DNA from: Escherichia phage 590B
Length of the DNA: 44,390 nt
Direction: 5' to 3' (one strand)
Sequence record: MW722821.1
The notes below the pieces were generated by a model. That model ran no database searches. It was not told where the DNA came from and worked only from the letters and a program-made list of their open reading frames with translations. Both the position numbers and the translations under genes were made by a program. This document shows, piece by piece, positions 26,752 through 35,878 of this stretch (its first letter is position 1; each line of letters opens with the position of its first letter).

Positions 26752-28924
26752 ATCGCTTCATCTCCGCACCTTCAGCTACAAGAGGGAACCCCTCCGCCCA
26801 TTCCGGCAATTCGCACATCAACCGCTCAAGCTCTGCTACATTGTATTCCGGTGAATCTGGTGTCTCGCAGATAATCTCATCGTGTACGTGAAGTACAATC
26901 GGGTAGCCGTTTGCTTCTACGTTCAGCAGGGCATTAGCCAGCAAATCACGGCACAATGCCTGAGTGCAGTTTTCCACCAGTTTACCCGAGTAGGTGTACT
27001 GGAACCCCCACTGACGGGTTAGCTGATTTTCGCCCTGGTACTTGATGCGTACGTTAGTAGACACTTTTCCATCTTCGTCTGTTTCTTTCGACACGCTTAA
27101 CCCGACGCCCGGATAAGACATAACGCGACCCGACGGCAACGTCATGCGCAACCACCAGCCGGCGACTTTGTTGCCGTTGTTGTCTGTCTCTACGTTGCGC
27201 GAAAACTTAACCCCCCTAGGCCCCGCGGTGAACTCTTTACCTGGATTGCGGATAGCGGCCATAGCTGCGTCTTCAATATCTCGCCAGAAAGCTACTGTTT
27301 CAGGGTGTGACTCTCGCCACATACGCTTGATAGCGTCACAGGTACGCCACACTTTCTTATCAAGAATATACGATGGTCGGTCATCCTTCTCCCCGGGTCG
27401 CGGCGGTCGCTTGGCTTCCTGAATACGTGCCCATTCATAGCCGCGTGCAGTAGCCGCCCAGATGTGGTCCGGGAAAGTACCGTCCATTGTTTTTGACATA
27501 TCAACAAGGTCAAGTCCGAGGTTCTTAGCAAACTGAACGAAAGCGCCAACACCACCAGCGTAGCCGAGGCCAAGCTCGCAGGCTTTACCAATCTGGCGCA
27601 AGTCTTTGCGTTCCTTCTTAATGTAATCCGGCTCCATGCCGAACATCTTACCCGCGGTTACACAGTAAATGTCCAGCCCGGCGCGGAACGTATCTAGCGC
27701 GGTTTCTTCGCCTGCCAGCCACGCAAGCCCCCGACCTTCAACGTTAGAGTAATCGGCGACGACAAACTTTTTTCCGGCTTCCGGGATAATGCAGCTACGC
27801 ACCGTCGATGCCGTTAGCTTAGCGACATCGAAACGGCGATGCGCGCGGCCCTTAAGTAACGCTGAAATACCTTTATCCAGTTCATCATCGTGATAGTACC
27901 CACGCGCGAGGTTCTGCGGCTGAAATCCTTTACCGGCAAATCGTAATGTACGCTTGGCTCCGCCGTACTGAATGCAACCACGACGGCGGTCGTCCGACGA
28001 GCGCCCTAACAGCAGCGGGTTATATTTCGTTGACGCTGTGGACGCGGCCCCGAGGCGCATTTCGATAATCGTGCGTGCGTCGTCCGGTAAATCATCATCC
28101 GCCAACAGGTCGTTAAGCGTAGACTTCTGCGCGTTGTGGATGCGGTGCGCTGGTGCAAGTTCACGCAGAATCGGCAGGAAGTCTTTACCAGTAAGCGAGC
28201 CGCCGTATTTGCGCTGTGCTTCTTCCTGTAGCTGGGCCTTGTGTTTTTCCACGGCTTCAATCGCGGCTTCCGCCAGCGTCACATCAACCTTAAACCCACG
28301 GTCGTTAATCAACTGGTCCAGTTCCAGTACACGGTCTTCGAACTCGGAGTTACCCCAACGCGGCAGCTTATGGAAGACTTCACGCATCGCAGTGATGTCG
28401 CTCACGGCGTACCTGATGAACATCGCCCACTCGTCAGGGTGAGTTTCTGCGGTGTAGCGGCGGATTTTGTAGTTCTTCGGCGTCGGTTTAGAGAAACGCT
28501 TAATCAGAGCCTTGCCGCGTTTATCTTTCGCGTTGTCTGCAGACACGCCCAGCACTTCGCACAGCGCATCAAGAGAACCCGGCAGCGCGTGACGGAACGC
28601 CCAAATCATAGTATCAATGGTGTTACTTACCGGAATATCAAAGTCCCAGCAGTGTTTCATGATTAGGCGATCGAAAAGTCCACCGTTGTGCCACACCATC
28701 TTGATGCGGCTGTTGGGCTTAACAAGGCGGCGCAGTGCGCGGTGCAAATCCCCCGGCATGTCGCTGCCGTCGGTGCAATCCCATACCTGCACAGGCTCTT
28801 CGTCAAAAGCATAGGTACAGATAAGCACTTCGGTTGACGGGTGCTCAGCGTAAGCGTAGGAACCTACTTTCTTCAAATCGATGTCGCTGTAGGTTTCAAA
28901 GTCTAAGTAAAGCAATGTGTTCAT
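26741..28924 (-). CDS. DNA polymerase, family A, with N-terminal 3'-5' exonuclease domain
   Basis: Exo motif LYLDFETYSD near N-terminus; pol motifs including HVHDEIICE; ATG 28924 overlaps upstream stop (ATGA); track start 28936 is GTG. Confidence 0.8.
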   Translation of the reverse strand: MNTLLYLDFETYSDIDLKKVGSYAYAEHPSTEVLICTYAFDEEPVQVWDCTDGSDMPGDLHRALRRLVKPNSRIKMVWHNGGLFDRLIMKHCWDFDIPVSNTIDTMIWAFRHALPGSLDALCEVLGVSADNAKDKRGKALIKRFSKPTPKNYKIRRYTAETHPDEWAMFIRYAVSDITAMREVFHKLPRWGNSEFEDRVLELDQLINDRGFKVDVTLAEAAIEAVEKHKAQLQEEAQRKYGGSLTGKDFLPILRELAPAHRIHNAQKSTLNDLLADDDLPDDARTIIEMRLGAASTASTKYNPLLLGRSSDDRRRGCIQYGGAKRTLRFAGKGFQPQNLARGYYHDDELDKGISALLKGRAHRRFDVAKLTASTVRSCIIPEAGKKFVVADYSNVEGRGLAWLAGEETALDTFRAGLDIYCVTAGKMFGMEPDYIKKERKDLRQIGKACELGLGYAGGVGAFVQFAKNLGLDLVDMSKTMDGTFPDHIWAATARGYEWARIQEAKRPPRPGEKDDRPSYILDKKVWRTCDAIKRMWRESHPETVAFWRDIEDAAMAAIRNPGKEFTAGPRGVKFSRNVETDNNGNKVAGWWLRMTLPSGRVMSYPGVGLSVSKETDEDGKVSTNVRIKYQGENQLTRQWGFQYTYSGKLVENCTQALCRDLLANALLNVEANGYPIVLHVHDEIICETPDSPEYNVAELERLMCELPEWAEGFPLVAEGAEMKRYAK

Positions 28925-29199
28925 AGTCTGTACCACGTCTGATAGTCTGCTTCTGTGAGATGGTCGTCGCGATCTTGTTTCTTGTTTTTACCGCGTTCTA
29001 TGATTTCTGCCCAAGTCCGGTCTGGGTCTGTGTCTTCTATTAAATGTTTATGCTCCTCGCATGCATAGTGTTTATACCAGTCTCGTACACCGTAAGCTGG
29101 AGGGTATTTAGTCATCCAAATTGCTCTAACTTTTTTACCTTCTGCCTTACAAAATTTGCAGTATGTGATGCGTCTGTATCTCTTAAGTTCCGCTGCCAT
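28921..29199 (-). CDS. hypothetical Cys/His-rich protein (possible zinc-binding)
   Basis: 92-aa ORF with CKFCK and CEEHKH pairs; first gene after a minus-strand terminator. Confidence 0.45.
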   Translation of the reverse strand: MAAELKRYRRITYCKFCKAEGKKVRAIWMTKYPPAYGVRDWYKHYACEEHKHLIEDTDPDRTWAEIIERGKNKKQDRDDHLTEADYQTWYRL

Positions 29200-29213
29200 T
29201 ATTTTCGACCCTT

Positions 29214-29240
29214 AGTAAAAAGGCCCAATGAAGGGCCTTA
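29214..29240 (-). terminator. rho-independent terminator (minus strand)
   Basis: GGGCCT/AGGCCC hairpin with TTTTTAC on the minus strand, after SSB-like gene. Confidence 0.55.
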
Positions 29241-29258
29241 GTTAAACAGATTCAGATA

Positions 29259-29888
29259 TTAACCACGGCGACGACGTTCGCGGCGCGGTGCTTCATCTTC
29301 TTCGTCGTCTTCCAGGTCATCGACGCTTGCAGCTACTTTAGAACCACCGAACGCTTTACCTTCGCCTACGTATTTAATCGCCAGCAGGTTAACGCCGAGG
29401 ACTTTATATTTCTGGCTGAACCAGATTTCTACGCTTACGTTAGCAACGCAGCCGCTGTAAACCTGTTCACCTTCAATCTGTTCACCGTCTACATTGAAGT
29501 CCTGCTCTACCTGAGTCTCGCCTTTTTTAGAGGTTACAATCAGCGGTTGTTTCTGTGCCTTCGCTTTGAAGTAGAAGCCTTCCGGGAAGTCTTCAAACGG
29601 ATTGTCGCGCTCGGCAATGTCTTTAATCGCGCATTTATCCATGTGCTTACCTTCACCGTAGTTGGACTTCATCCATTTCTCGGCAGCGGCTGCGCCTAAC
29701 GCTTCTTCAACTACAGCGTAAACGGTGTCGTAGAGTGCATCGATTTGAGCATGGTCAGACGGCAGGATGATAGTCGCGCTGTACTGGCCTTTAGTGATTG
29801 AGCCATCATCGTTTTCACGGTCTTTTTCGCGTTCGAATACGTTAACCCAGGCAGTGTTTACTTTACGCAGATTTAATTTCAGTCCCAT
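29259..29888 (-). CDS. single-stranded DNA-binding protein-like (putative)
   Basis: 209-aa ORF with acidic C-terminal tail DDLEDDEEDEAP typical of phage SSBs; own promoter at 29947-29975 and terminator at 29214-29240. Confidence 0.5.
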   Translation of the reverse strand: MGLKLNLRKVNTAWVNVFEREKDRENDDGSITKGQYSATIILPSDHAQIDALYDTVYAVVEEALGAAAAEKWMKSNYGEGKHMDKCAIKDIAERDNPFEDFPEGFYFKAKAQKQPLIVTSKKGETQVEQDFNVDGEQIEGEQVYSGCVANVSVEIWFSQKYKVLGVNLLAIKYVGEGKAFGGSKVAASVDDLEDDEEDEAPRRERRRRG

Positions 29889-29946
29889 TTGATTTCTCGC
29901 TTTTCAGTTTCAGTTTACTCCGGGATCTGCCCGGCCAGTGATTAGA

Positions 29947-29975
29947 ACTATAATAGCTAACTATTCATGTGTCAA
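29947..29975 (-). promoter_or_regulatory. sigma70-type promoter (TTGACA-N17-TATAGT), family B
   Basis: -35 29970-29975, -10 29947-29952; upstream of SSB-like gene. Confidence 0.55.
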
Positions 29976-30164
29976 ATAAAATTTTGCAATAGGGATTATG
30001 TTCTCGAAATTAAGCATATTGGCCGGTTCGAACTCATCCTCTACAGGGTAGTATCGCATCATGGTACCGTTCAAGAACGTGAACGATTCCGAGTGTAGAT
30101 ACCCATCCCAGTGCCATACCATCAAAAAATCTTTATCAGTCGGCATTTCATTTACTTGAATCAT
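29961..30164 (-). CDS. hypothetical protein
   Basis: 67-aa ORF from ATG 30164 with strong SD GAGGAGGA; ATGA overlap with upstream nuclease gene. Confidence 0.5.
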   Translation of the reverse strand: MIQVNEMPTDKDFLMVWHWDGYLHSESFTFLNGTMMRYYPVEDEFEPANMLNFENIIPIAKFYLTHE

Positions 30165-31402
30165 TCTAAATCCTCCTCTGTAACTTGATTCCACTCAGGA
30201 CGTTTGTCGTCTGCCGTTGCGACACATGGTGCGCCTGGCTTACGGGTAATGAAGTCTTTCAGTTCTTCTTCCGGTATGACTTTAACAGCTTCGGTAGGTG
30301 ACATGAGCACTTCTTTAGTCAGCTTGTCGCCGTAGAGTTCTGTTACTTTCTCCGCGTCTTTCCATGCACGATTACCCGGGCGGCCTTCAACCAACTTGTA
30401 ACCAGGAACTTTCTTACCTGAATGCAACGCGGCCGCCATAGCTTTCTCAACCTTGTCGATGTGCTGGCGCAACAGCGGCAACTTCTCATACTCAGCTACG
30501 AGTTGCTCCGGCGTCAGTTCCAGCACAAAGTCGTCTTCCAGTTCTTCCGCCAGTACAGAATTAACCGTCTTTGTACGCGCAGCGCATTGTTCAGAGAACC
30601 GGCACCACTGACAACCATCTACCGATGGCTTGAAGTCCGACGCTTTCAGGTTCTTCTTGCCGCGGAAATACGCATCAAGCGCTAACAGCGCGCGTTTCTG
30701 TGCGAACTTAGCGAACAGTTCCAGTCCTTCAACCGAGATGTCCCACTCTGTCGCGCCCCCAGCGTAAGGCTGGAAGATGACAAGACGAACGGTTGTTATG
30801 TTATAACGTCTCTTGAGTCGACGATAAACACCGAGAGCGTAAAGCATAAGCTGCTTGTTTTCTTTCGCTTCGACGCGATGCCGCCCGGTTTTCATGTCGC
30901 CGATAATGAGCATGTGCTCGTCGGTGTTTGCCAGTTCCTGGACAGCAACGAGGTCAGCGGTTCCGAACGTCTCAACGCCTTCATACCCCGGATGCAATAC
31001 CTCAGTAAGATTGACACGCATTTCCAGCTTGGCGTAAGTCGCTACGTCTATAATCGCTTTGCAGTAGTCGGTGTACTTGCGCACCTGCTCAATCATGTCC
31101 GCCGTAATCAGTACAGCACCTTTCATCGGGCTGATTAGCGCCTTAATCTGGCCTTTACCCTCGTCCAGCACGTAAGCGCCAACTTCACGCTCTAACGGCA
31201 GTGCAGTTCCGCGGATATAGGCGTTGAGATGGACCTCCGCTATGGTGTGGCACGCTGTACCTGTAACGGCGGCTTTACCTGACGTGTTGGGAATATCTTT
31301 CTCACAGGCCAGCGATGCGGCGCAGCTTAGCCACTTTTTAGCCCCTGACGGCGACAGCAGGGCGTGCACATCGTTATTGCCGCCGCGTTCTTTTAAAATC
31401 AT
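30161..31402 (-). CDS. PD-(D/E)XK exonuclease, Cas4/RecB-like with Cys cluster
   Basis: C-terminal CQWCRFSEQC plus N-terminal Cys (Cas4-like Fe-S pattern); IIGDMKTG nuclease-core-like segment; ATG 31402 with GGGAGG SD. Confidence 0.7.
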   Translation of the reverse strand: MILKERGGNNDVHALLSPSGAKKWLSCAASLACEKDIPNTSGKAAVTGTACHTIAEVHLNAYIRGTALPLEREVGAYVLDEGKGQIKALISPMKGAVLITADMIEQVRKYTDYCKAIIDVATYAKLEMRVNLTEVLHPGYEGVETFGTADLVAVQELANTDEHMLIIGDMKTGRHRVEAKENKQLMLYALGVYRRLKRRYNITTVRLVIFQPYAGGATEWDISVEGLELFAKFAQKRALLALDAYFRGKKNLKASDFKPSVDGCQWCRFSEQCAARTKTVNSVLAEELEDDFVLELTPEQLVAEYEKLPLLRQHIDKVEKAMAAALHSGKKVPGYKLVEGRPGNRAWKDAEKVTELYGDKLTKEVLMSPTEAVKVIPEEELKDFITRKPGAPCVATADDKRPEWNQVTEEDLE

Positions 31403-31671
31403 ACCCTGACCTCCCACTGGTCAATTAAATGTCGTGTCTTGTGGTCACAATGCATCGCCCAGCTATACATCGACTCGAAGACATAAAAGTCACTTTTAAC
31501 GAATGTCGTGCGCTTAATCTGCGACAGGTGACGGCCTATATCTTTCGGCTTCGGTACTTTGCCGAGGTAGGCCATCTCTTCCATCTGGTGCGCGCCGGAC
31601 GGCGCACGCAACAGCCACAACGCCTCTGTGTTATCCCGTCGGTCAATACCTCGGTAGAGTTGGTAAATCAT
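31399..31671 (-). CDS. hypothetical protein
   Basis: 90-aa ORF; AGAGGG SD; ATGA overlap with nuclease start. Confidence 0.5.
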   Translation of the reverse strand: MIYQLYRGIDRRDNTEALWLLRAPSGAHQMEEMAYLGKVPKPKDIGRHLSQIKRTTFVKSDFYVFESMYSWAMHCDHKTRHLIDQWEVRV

Positions 31672-31714
31672 ATTACGACCCTCTGTTAAAGCGGCCCGGA
31701 GGCCGCCAGATAAA

Positions 31715-32215
31715 TTATTCTTCTTCGAAATACTTGTTCTTAATCGCCGTCAGGCGTTTCAGGTATTCAGCCAGGTCTTCGTCTTTAATCGCGGCAATCT
31801 TCATTTTCTTACCGGTGAACTCCTCCAGCAGTTCATCGGAATCGTCGCACGCAGCATCGCTAGGACCTTCGTTAATTGCATCGTCGATAGCCTGAATCTG
31901 GTCACGAAGAGACTGGTAATCGACCTCTTCTTTCTCTTCTTCTGGTTCTGGAGTCGGCTCCTCTACTTTAGCTTTACGCGGCTTGCGTTTCGGCTTCTCT
32001 TCTTCTGCTGGTTTAGCGTCAACGATGTCTTCACCTTCAACCGGGATTTCTTTTGTTGCTTCTTCAGCGCACTCAGCTACCGCTTCTTTGGTGTACGATA
32101 CCGTCTCTACTTCCAGCGGCGTGGCAACCTGAACAACTTGTTTCGCACTGTTCGCGGCAATCAGTTCGTGCGCAACTACGAAACGTTCCAGTAATACTAA
32201 GAATTTCTCTAACAT
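31715..32215 (-). CDS. hypothetical highly acidic protein (Glu/Asp-rich with central basic patch)
   Basis: 166 aa, GAGGAG SD, own promoter at 32247-32275; composition EEEKPKRKPRKAKVEEPTPEPEEEKEE. Confidence 0.6.
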   Translation of the reverse strand: MLEKFLVLLERFVVAHELIAANSAKQVVQVATPLEVETVSYTKEAVAECAEEATKEIPVEGEDIVDAKPAEEEKPKRKPRKAKVEEPTPEPEEEKEEVDYQSLRDQIQAIDDAINEGPSDAACDDSDELLEEFTGKKMKIAAIKDEDLAEYLKRLTAIKNKYFEEE

Positions 32216-32246
32216 TTGTTTCTCTCCTCTCGTTTGGTATGGGCTA

Positions 32247-32275
32247 ACTATAATAGCGAACTATTCACATGTCAA
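32247..32275 (-). promoter_or_regulatory. sigma70-type promoter (TTGACA-N17-TATAGT), family B
   Basis: -35 32270-32275, -10 32247-32252; 21 of 23 spacer/-10 positions shared with the 29947 promoter; upstream of acidic-protein gene. Confidence 0.55.
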
Positions 32276-32299
32276 TGGGCTTTTCTAAAATAATTAATA

Positions 32300-32308
32300 T
32301 GGTACTAT
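32300..32308 (+). promoter_or_regulatory. extended -10 element (TGgTACTAT) for the Cro-like gene
   Basis: TG at 32300-32301 and TACTAT at 32303-32308, 31 nt upstream of ATG 32340; no good -35. Confidence 0.4.
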
Positions 32309-32339
32309 TCACATATCAACTGACTAAGGAGTAATTGAC

Positions 32340-32555
32340 ATGCAACCATCTGAACTAGGCATCCGTGTAGAACAACGCCGCAAAGAACTCGGCATCTCCC
32401 AGCGCCGTTTGGCGGCCCTGACCGGCGTTTCCCAGGGCGCGATTAACCAACTGGCACTTGGAGTAACTCAGGACGTCCGCCCGGCAACGCTGTTCAAACT
32501 GGCGGAAGTTCTGGAAGTAGACGCCAAGTGGCTGGCGTTAGGTGAAGGGGCTTAA
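32340..32555 (+). CDS. HTH XRE-family (Cro/CI-like) transcriptional regulator
   Basis: 71 aa; ELGISQRRLAALTGVSQGAINQL is a canonical XRE helix-turn-helix; TAAGGAG SD; lone plus-strand gene in the minus arm; terminator overlaps stop. Confidence 0.7.
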   Translation: MQPSELGIRVEQRRKELGISQRRLAALTGVSQGAINQLALGVTQDVRPATLFKLAEVLEVDAKWLALGEGA

Positions 32556-32570
32556 AGCCCCTTTCTTTTT
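32545..32570 (+). terminator. rho-independent terminator overlapping Cro-like stop codon
   Basis: AAGGGGC-TTAAA-GCCCCTT followed by TCTTTTT. Confidence 0.6.
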
Positions 32571-32572
32571 AC

Positions 32573-34795
32573 CTATTCCAAATCCTCCTCTGTCACCACC
32601 AGCATCTCATTTGGTTCGTATAGTGTCTTCGGCCTTAATCTATCCCCTATTCTTTCGGGTATACGATATGTTCTAGGTACTACTTCGCCGTTAGCATCGC
32701 AACCAAGCATTAGTTCTCCATCTTTCAACATTTTATCAAGATGGGTGTTAGTCACAGAGAAGTCACCGGAACGAGCCACTATCTGCTGCTGAGTAAAACC
32801 GCGACCTGTGTCATCTGACTGTTGCAGGTCTTCCAGTGCCGAAAGTATTGACTCCTTCCTTACTTCATCCCTGCCGCGTTTAACTTCTTCCTTTACTTTT
32901 TGCTTACCTTCTTTCGTCAACCCTTCTTCCCGCTCTTTCTCCTCGTCAGTTTTGAACGGCTCGAAACCCCACGGCATCAACACAAGCGCCTTGTGTGGTT
33001 CAGGAAGGTCCAGGTTTACGATTGTGCCGTATTCTTCTGTGCCCCCCAGGAACTCAACCGCACGGTACTCTTTCGGCGGCGGAGCTTCGCGGAACTGCAC
33101 AGACTCCAGCACCATGCCAACCGTTTTCTGTTGAGGACCGTGCTTAAATTTCGAGTGGTATACGTTTATTTGACGGTCGGTTGCACGTTCGATTGTCAGT
33201 TCCACGTCAACACCCGCATACAGCGCCCCACTGCCGCGTGCTTTCTTTCCACCCTTCGGCGTATGGTGGACAACGCCTACTGCGGCTTTAGTTGCATCGC
33301 GTACTTCTTTCAGAATGGCGATAACTTTACCCATGCCGATTGCTGTTGATGAACTGTTCTCGTCGAACTTATCAATCGTCAGTGCCAGGGTCTGGTTAAG
33401 GGTGTCGAACGCAACCATGCCAATTGGCTCGTCGCCAGCAGTTTCGCGCATTAACTTAATCAGGCTTTTAAGTTTGCCGACTTCGCCCATATCGATGACG
33501 TGTACATAATCTTTACCTTCCCCGCCATATTTAGCCGCTAGTGCATCAATACGGGTGCGTGTAGCTGCGCCACCCTCACCATCAATATAGAAATGGTGGC
33601 AACGCTGGGTATCCGCCCCCGCAAACCTGTACCCGGCGGCGCTGAGGTACATCATCCCCAGCGTATAGAACGATTTGTACGTGCCAGATTCCCCGACGAT
33701 ATCCCAGATACAATCCGACGGCATGTACCCCTCAACGACGAAATCAGCCTTTACCGGCTCCGGTAACTCGTCCTCCTCTGAGTCCTCGTCGTCTTCCAGG
33801 TCGTCGAGGCTGCAAGTTACTGGGTCCTCGTTCTCTGTGCGGTGTAGTTCTTCAATCTCTTCTTCCGGTAAATCAGGCAGAGCCGCACGAATGCTGTTAA
33901 TGCTGATAGGTTGCTTATCTATGTTAAGCTCGTCGGGTAGGCCACACATACGCAGGGCCAAATGCTGCCTACGGTTAAGCTCGGTGCAAGCGCCGTTGTT
34001 TGTATGCTGGCAGACAAAGCGCACTTCTTTACCGTCGAGCATTATGCTGGTGGAGCCCTTGCCTGTATGCAGATGTTCGTTAGGGCATGGCACTTCGTAC
34101 CCGCGCCCGGAAGATAAAGCGTCAAGGCCAAGCTCGGCTTCGCAGAAGTGTGCTATATCCGCGTTAAGCCCATGCTCATCAGCGGCAAGTGTTTTAGCCT
34201 CACGCTTACGCAACCCCATCTCTTCGGCTTTCTTGATGTACCGCTCAGCACGGATAACACGCCCTTCTGTAACCGTTATCTTCGACTCTTTATGCGGCAG
34301 GTAGATAAGGCGGTTGCCGTCTTCTGTGCAGTGGTCGCGCAACGCTTCGTCTATTTCTAACTCTGCACAAATAGCACGTTGCACCATCCACGCGTCGTTA
34401 GAGTTAAACGGCGTGCGAGCTGGAACCAGAACGCGGAAAGCGTAATCTCCATTTTTACATGCGTGCTGATGCGATGCCGTTGTGTGCAGAATATTGAAGA
34501 ACGGCGCGTTCTTGAATTTGCGTGTCAGGTCGCGGTACTGAGTACGGTTGAGATGGTCGAAATCGAACTTAACCACACTGTCTTCCAGGATAGCGTTTTT
34601 ACGGCGACCACCAACAGGCGCAATAGCTTTCTGTTTAATCTTGGCAGCGTCGTACTCTTCCTTAGTCCATGACGGGTCCACGGATAAACGCTTCGATGTA
34701 TCGCAGACATACTCGACAAACTGCTCCAGCGGCATTTCACGCGCTACAGGGTTTTTATCGAATGTGTTACGCAGCGTTGCAAAAACAATATTCAT
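32573..34795 (-). CDS. DNA primase/helicase (PrimPol-like N-terminal domain plus RecA/AAA-like ATPase domain)
   Basis: 740 aa; N-terminal primase-polymerase-like region, Cys/His cluster CPNEHLHTGKG...CQHTNNGAC, Walker A-like GESGTYKS, Lys/Glu-rich C-terminal extension. Confidence 0.65.
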   Translation of the reverse strand: MNIVFATLRNTFDKNPVAREMPLEQFVEYVCDTSKRLSVDPSWTKEEYDAAKIKQKAIAPVGGRRKNAILEDSVVKFDFDHLNRTQYRDLTRKFKNAPFFNILHTTASHQHACKNGDYAFRVLVPARTPFNSNDAWMVQRAICAELEIDEALRDHCTEDGNRLIYLPHKESKITVTEGRVIRAERYIKKAEEMGLRKREAKTLAADEHGLNADIAHFCEAELGLDALSSGRGYEVPCPNEHLHTGKGSTSIMLDGKEVRFVCQHTNNGACTELNRRQHLALRMCGLPDELNIDKQPISINSIRAALPDLPEEEIEELHRTENEDPVTCSLDDLEDDEDSEEDELPEPVKADFVVEGYMPSDCIWDIVGESGTYKSFYTLGMMYLSAAGYRFAGADTQRCHHFYIDGEGGAATRTRIDALAAKYGGEGKDYVHVIDMGEVGKLKSLIKLMRETAGDEPIGMVAFDTLNQTLALTIDKFDENSSSTAIGMGKVIAILKEVRDATKAAVGVVHHTPKGGKKARGSGALYAGVDVELTIERATDRQINVYHSKFKHGPQQKTVGMVLESVQFREAPPPKEYRAVEFLGGTEEYGTIVNLDLPEPHKALVLMPWGFEPFKTDEEKEREEGLTKEGKQKVKEEVKRGRDEVRKESILSALEDLQQSDDTGRGFTQQQIVARSGDFSVTNTHLDKMLKDGELMLGCDANGEVVPRTYRIPERIGDRLRPKTLYEPNEMLVVTEEDLE

Positions 34796-34920
34796 TTCTT
34801 TTTCTCCGCACGTTCTAAGGCTTCCTGCATACGGCGCATTGCGCGGTTCATCTTTACCGGCGCGAAGAAATCGGCGCCGTGTTTCTGTCGGCGCAGCTGT
34901 GGAACTATTAACTTCGTCAT
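34792..34920 (-). CDS. possible 42-aa basic protein
   Basis: Unlisted ORF with AAGGA SD; stop overlaps primase ATG (ATGA). Confidence 0.3.
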   Translation of the reverse strand: MTKLIVPQLRRQKHGADFFAPVKMNRAMRRMQEALERAEKKK

Positions 34921-34989
34921 TGTATAATCCTTGTGCTTACTTTGATGATTTGTGCTTTGGCCCCGACGTTCTTGCGTTGGGGTTTCTTT

Positions 34990-35280
34990 TTACCGTTTAG
35001 CCAACCCTTCCAGCAAATTTTTATACTCTTCAAAATATTCCTCGACCAAATCATCGCCGAAATAGAAGTCGATATACTCGAGATTATCTCTTACGTTAAG
35101 CGATGCCGACATGGTGCTTAGTTGGCGTAAGCTAATTAGCTTCATTTCTGTTTCTACGCAGAAAGGCCGGTAGGTATCAAGATGGCAAGAGATATTGAAG
35201 CATAAAGCGAACTCTCCGGCCACGGAGTGAACCATATACACTTCGTTTTCTGCTTTATTGTGGAAAATTACGCCTTTCAT
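34990..35280 (-). CDS. hypothetical protein
   Basis: 96-aa ORF, AAGGAG SD, ATGA overlap with upstream regulator gene. Confidence 0.5.
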   Translation of the reverse strand: MKGVIFHNKAENEVYMVHSVAGEFALCFNISCHLDTYRPFCVETEMKLISLRQLSTMSASLNVRDNLEYIDFYFGDDLVEEYFEEYKNLLEGLAKR

Positions 35281-35459
35281 TTCACGTTCTCCTTAATCCA
35301 TGCTTCGACTTTATTACGGTCAAATGTTCCCGGTAAACGGCGGCCCATAACCTTAATACAGCAGTCAGGGAATTTGCCGCTGCGCAACCAGTTATTAATG
35401 GTCTGACGTGTCACCCCGATACGCTCGGCTACCTCATTCTGTGTCATGTAATGTTGCAT
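35277..35459 (-). CDS. AlpA/Xis-like helix-turn-helix DNA-binding protein
   Basis: 60 aa from ATG 35459; MTQNEVAERIGVTRQTINNWLRSGKFP matches the AlpA-type HTH pattern; first gene of the minus-strand early operon. Confidence 0.55.
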   Translation of the reverse strand: MQHYMTQNEVAERIGVTRQTINNWLRSGKFPDCCIKVMGRRLPGTFDRNKVEAWIKENVK

Positions 35460-35490
35460 TTTTATATCCCCTGTTTGTTTAGTGAAACCG

Positions 35491-35519
35491 AGTATAGGAT
35501 AGCGGGAATGTAAAAGCAA
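35491..35519 (-). promoter_or_regulatory. sigma70-type promoter (TTGCTT-N17-TATACT) for minus-strand early operon
   Basis: -35 35514-35519, -10 35491-35496 on minus strand; about 30 nt upstream of ATG 35459. Confidence 0.45.
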
Positions 35520-35556
35520 CCAATCCCTGCAATATTTAATCTTTACAAAAAAGTTA

Positions 35557-35586
35557 TTGAAAGTTCTTGACACATGTTTGTATAAT
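35557..35586 (+). promoter_or_regulatory. sigma70-type promoter (TTGAAA-N18-TATAAT), divergent from 35491-35519
   Basis: Consensus -10 TATAAT at 35581-35586; would start a plus-strand transcript across a 350-bp ORF-free leader. Confidence 0.45.
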
Positions 35587-35785
35587 GGTTTTGGGACTTG
35601 TATATATTACGGAGTTGACGAACCCTCCCCGAGGGATTCGTCAACCCCTCCCAGACAGCTGAGATGCTTGCCTTGTGGTTTAAGGATAAGTGTATCTAAA
35701 TCTCATTTAAAGAAGTAACCCGCTGAAATATCTACTGTTTCTTAATGTGCCGTAGATTCGCAACCGTAAAAATGTAACGATTATT

Positions 35786-35810
35786 GGGCAGGCTTAAGGC
35801 CTGCCCTTTA
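35786..35810 (+). terminator. hairpin terminator / attenuator in early leader
   Basis: GGGCAGGC-TTAA-GCCTGCCC followed by TTTA (short U-tract). Confidence 0.4.
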
Positions 35811-35878
35811 GTTACCAAGTAATAAGAATAAAGGCACAACCCTACCTGAAGAATCACAACGGCAACGTAACTAATATC

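Noticed and set aside
33675-34304. 209-aa plus-strand ORF inside the primase/helicase gene
   Set aside because: Antisense to a gene with clear primase and ATPase motifs; Ser-rich low-complexity product.
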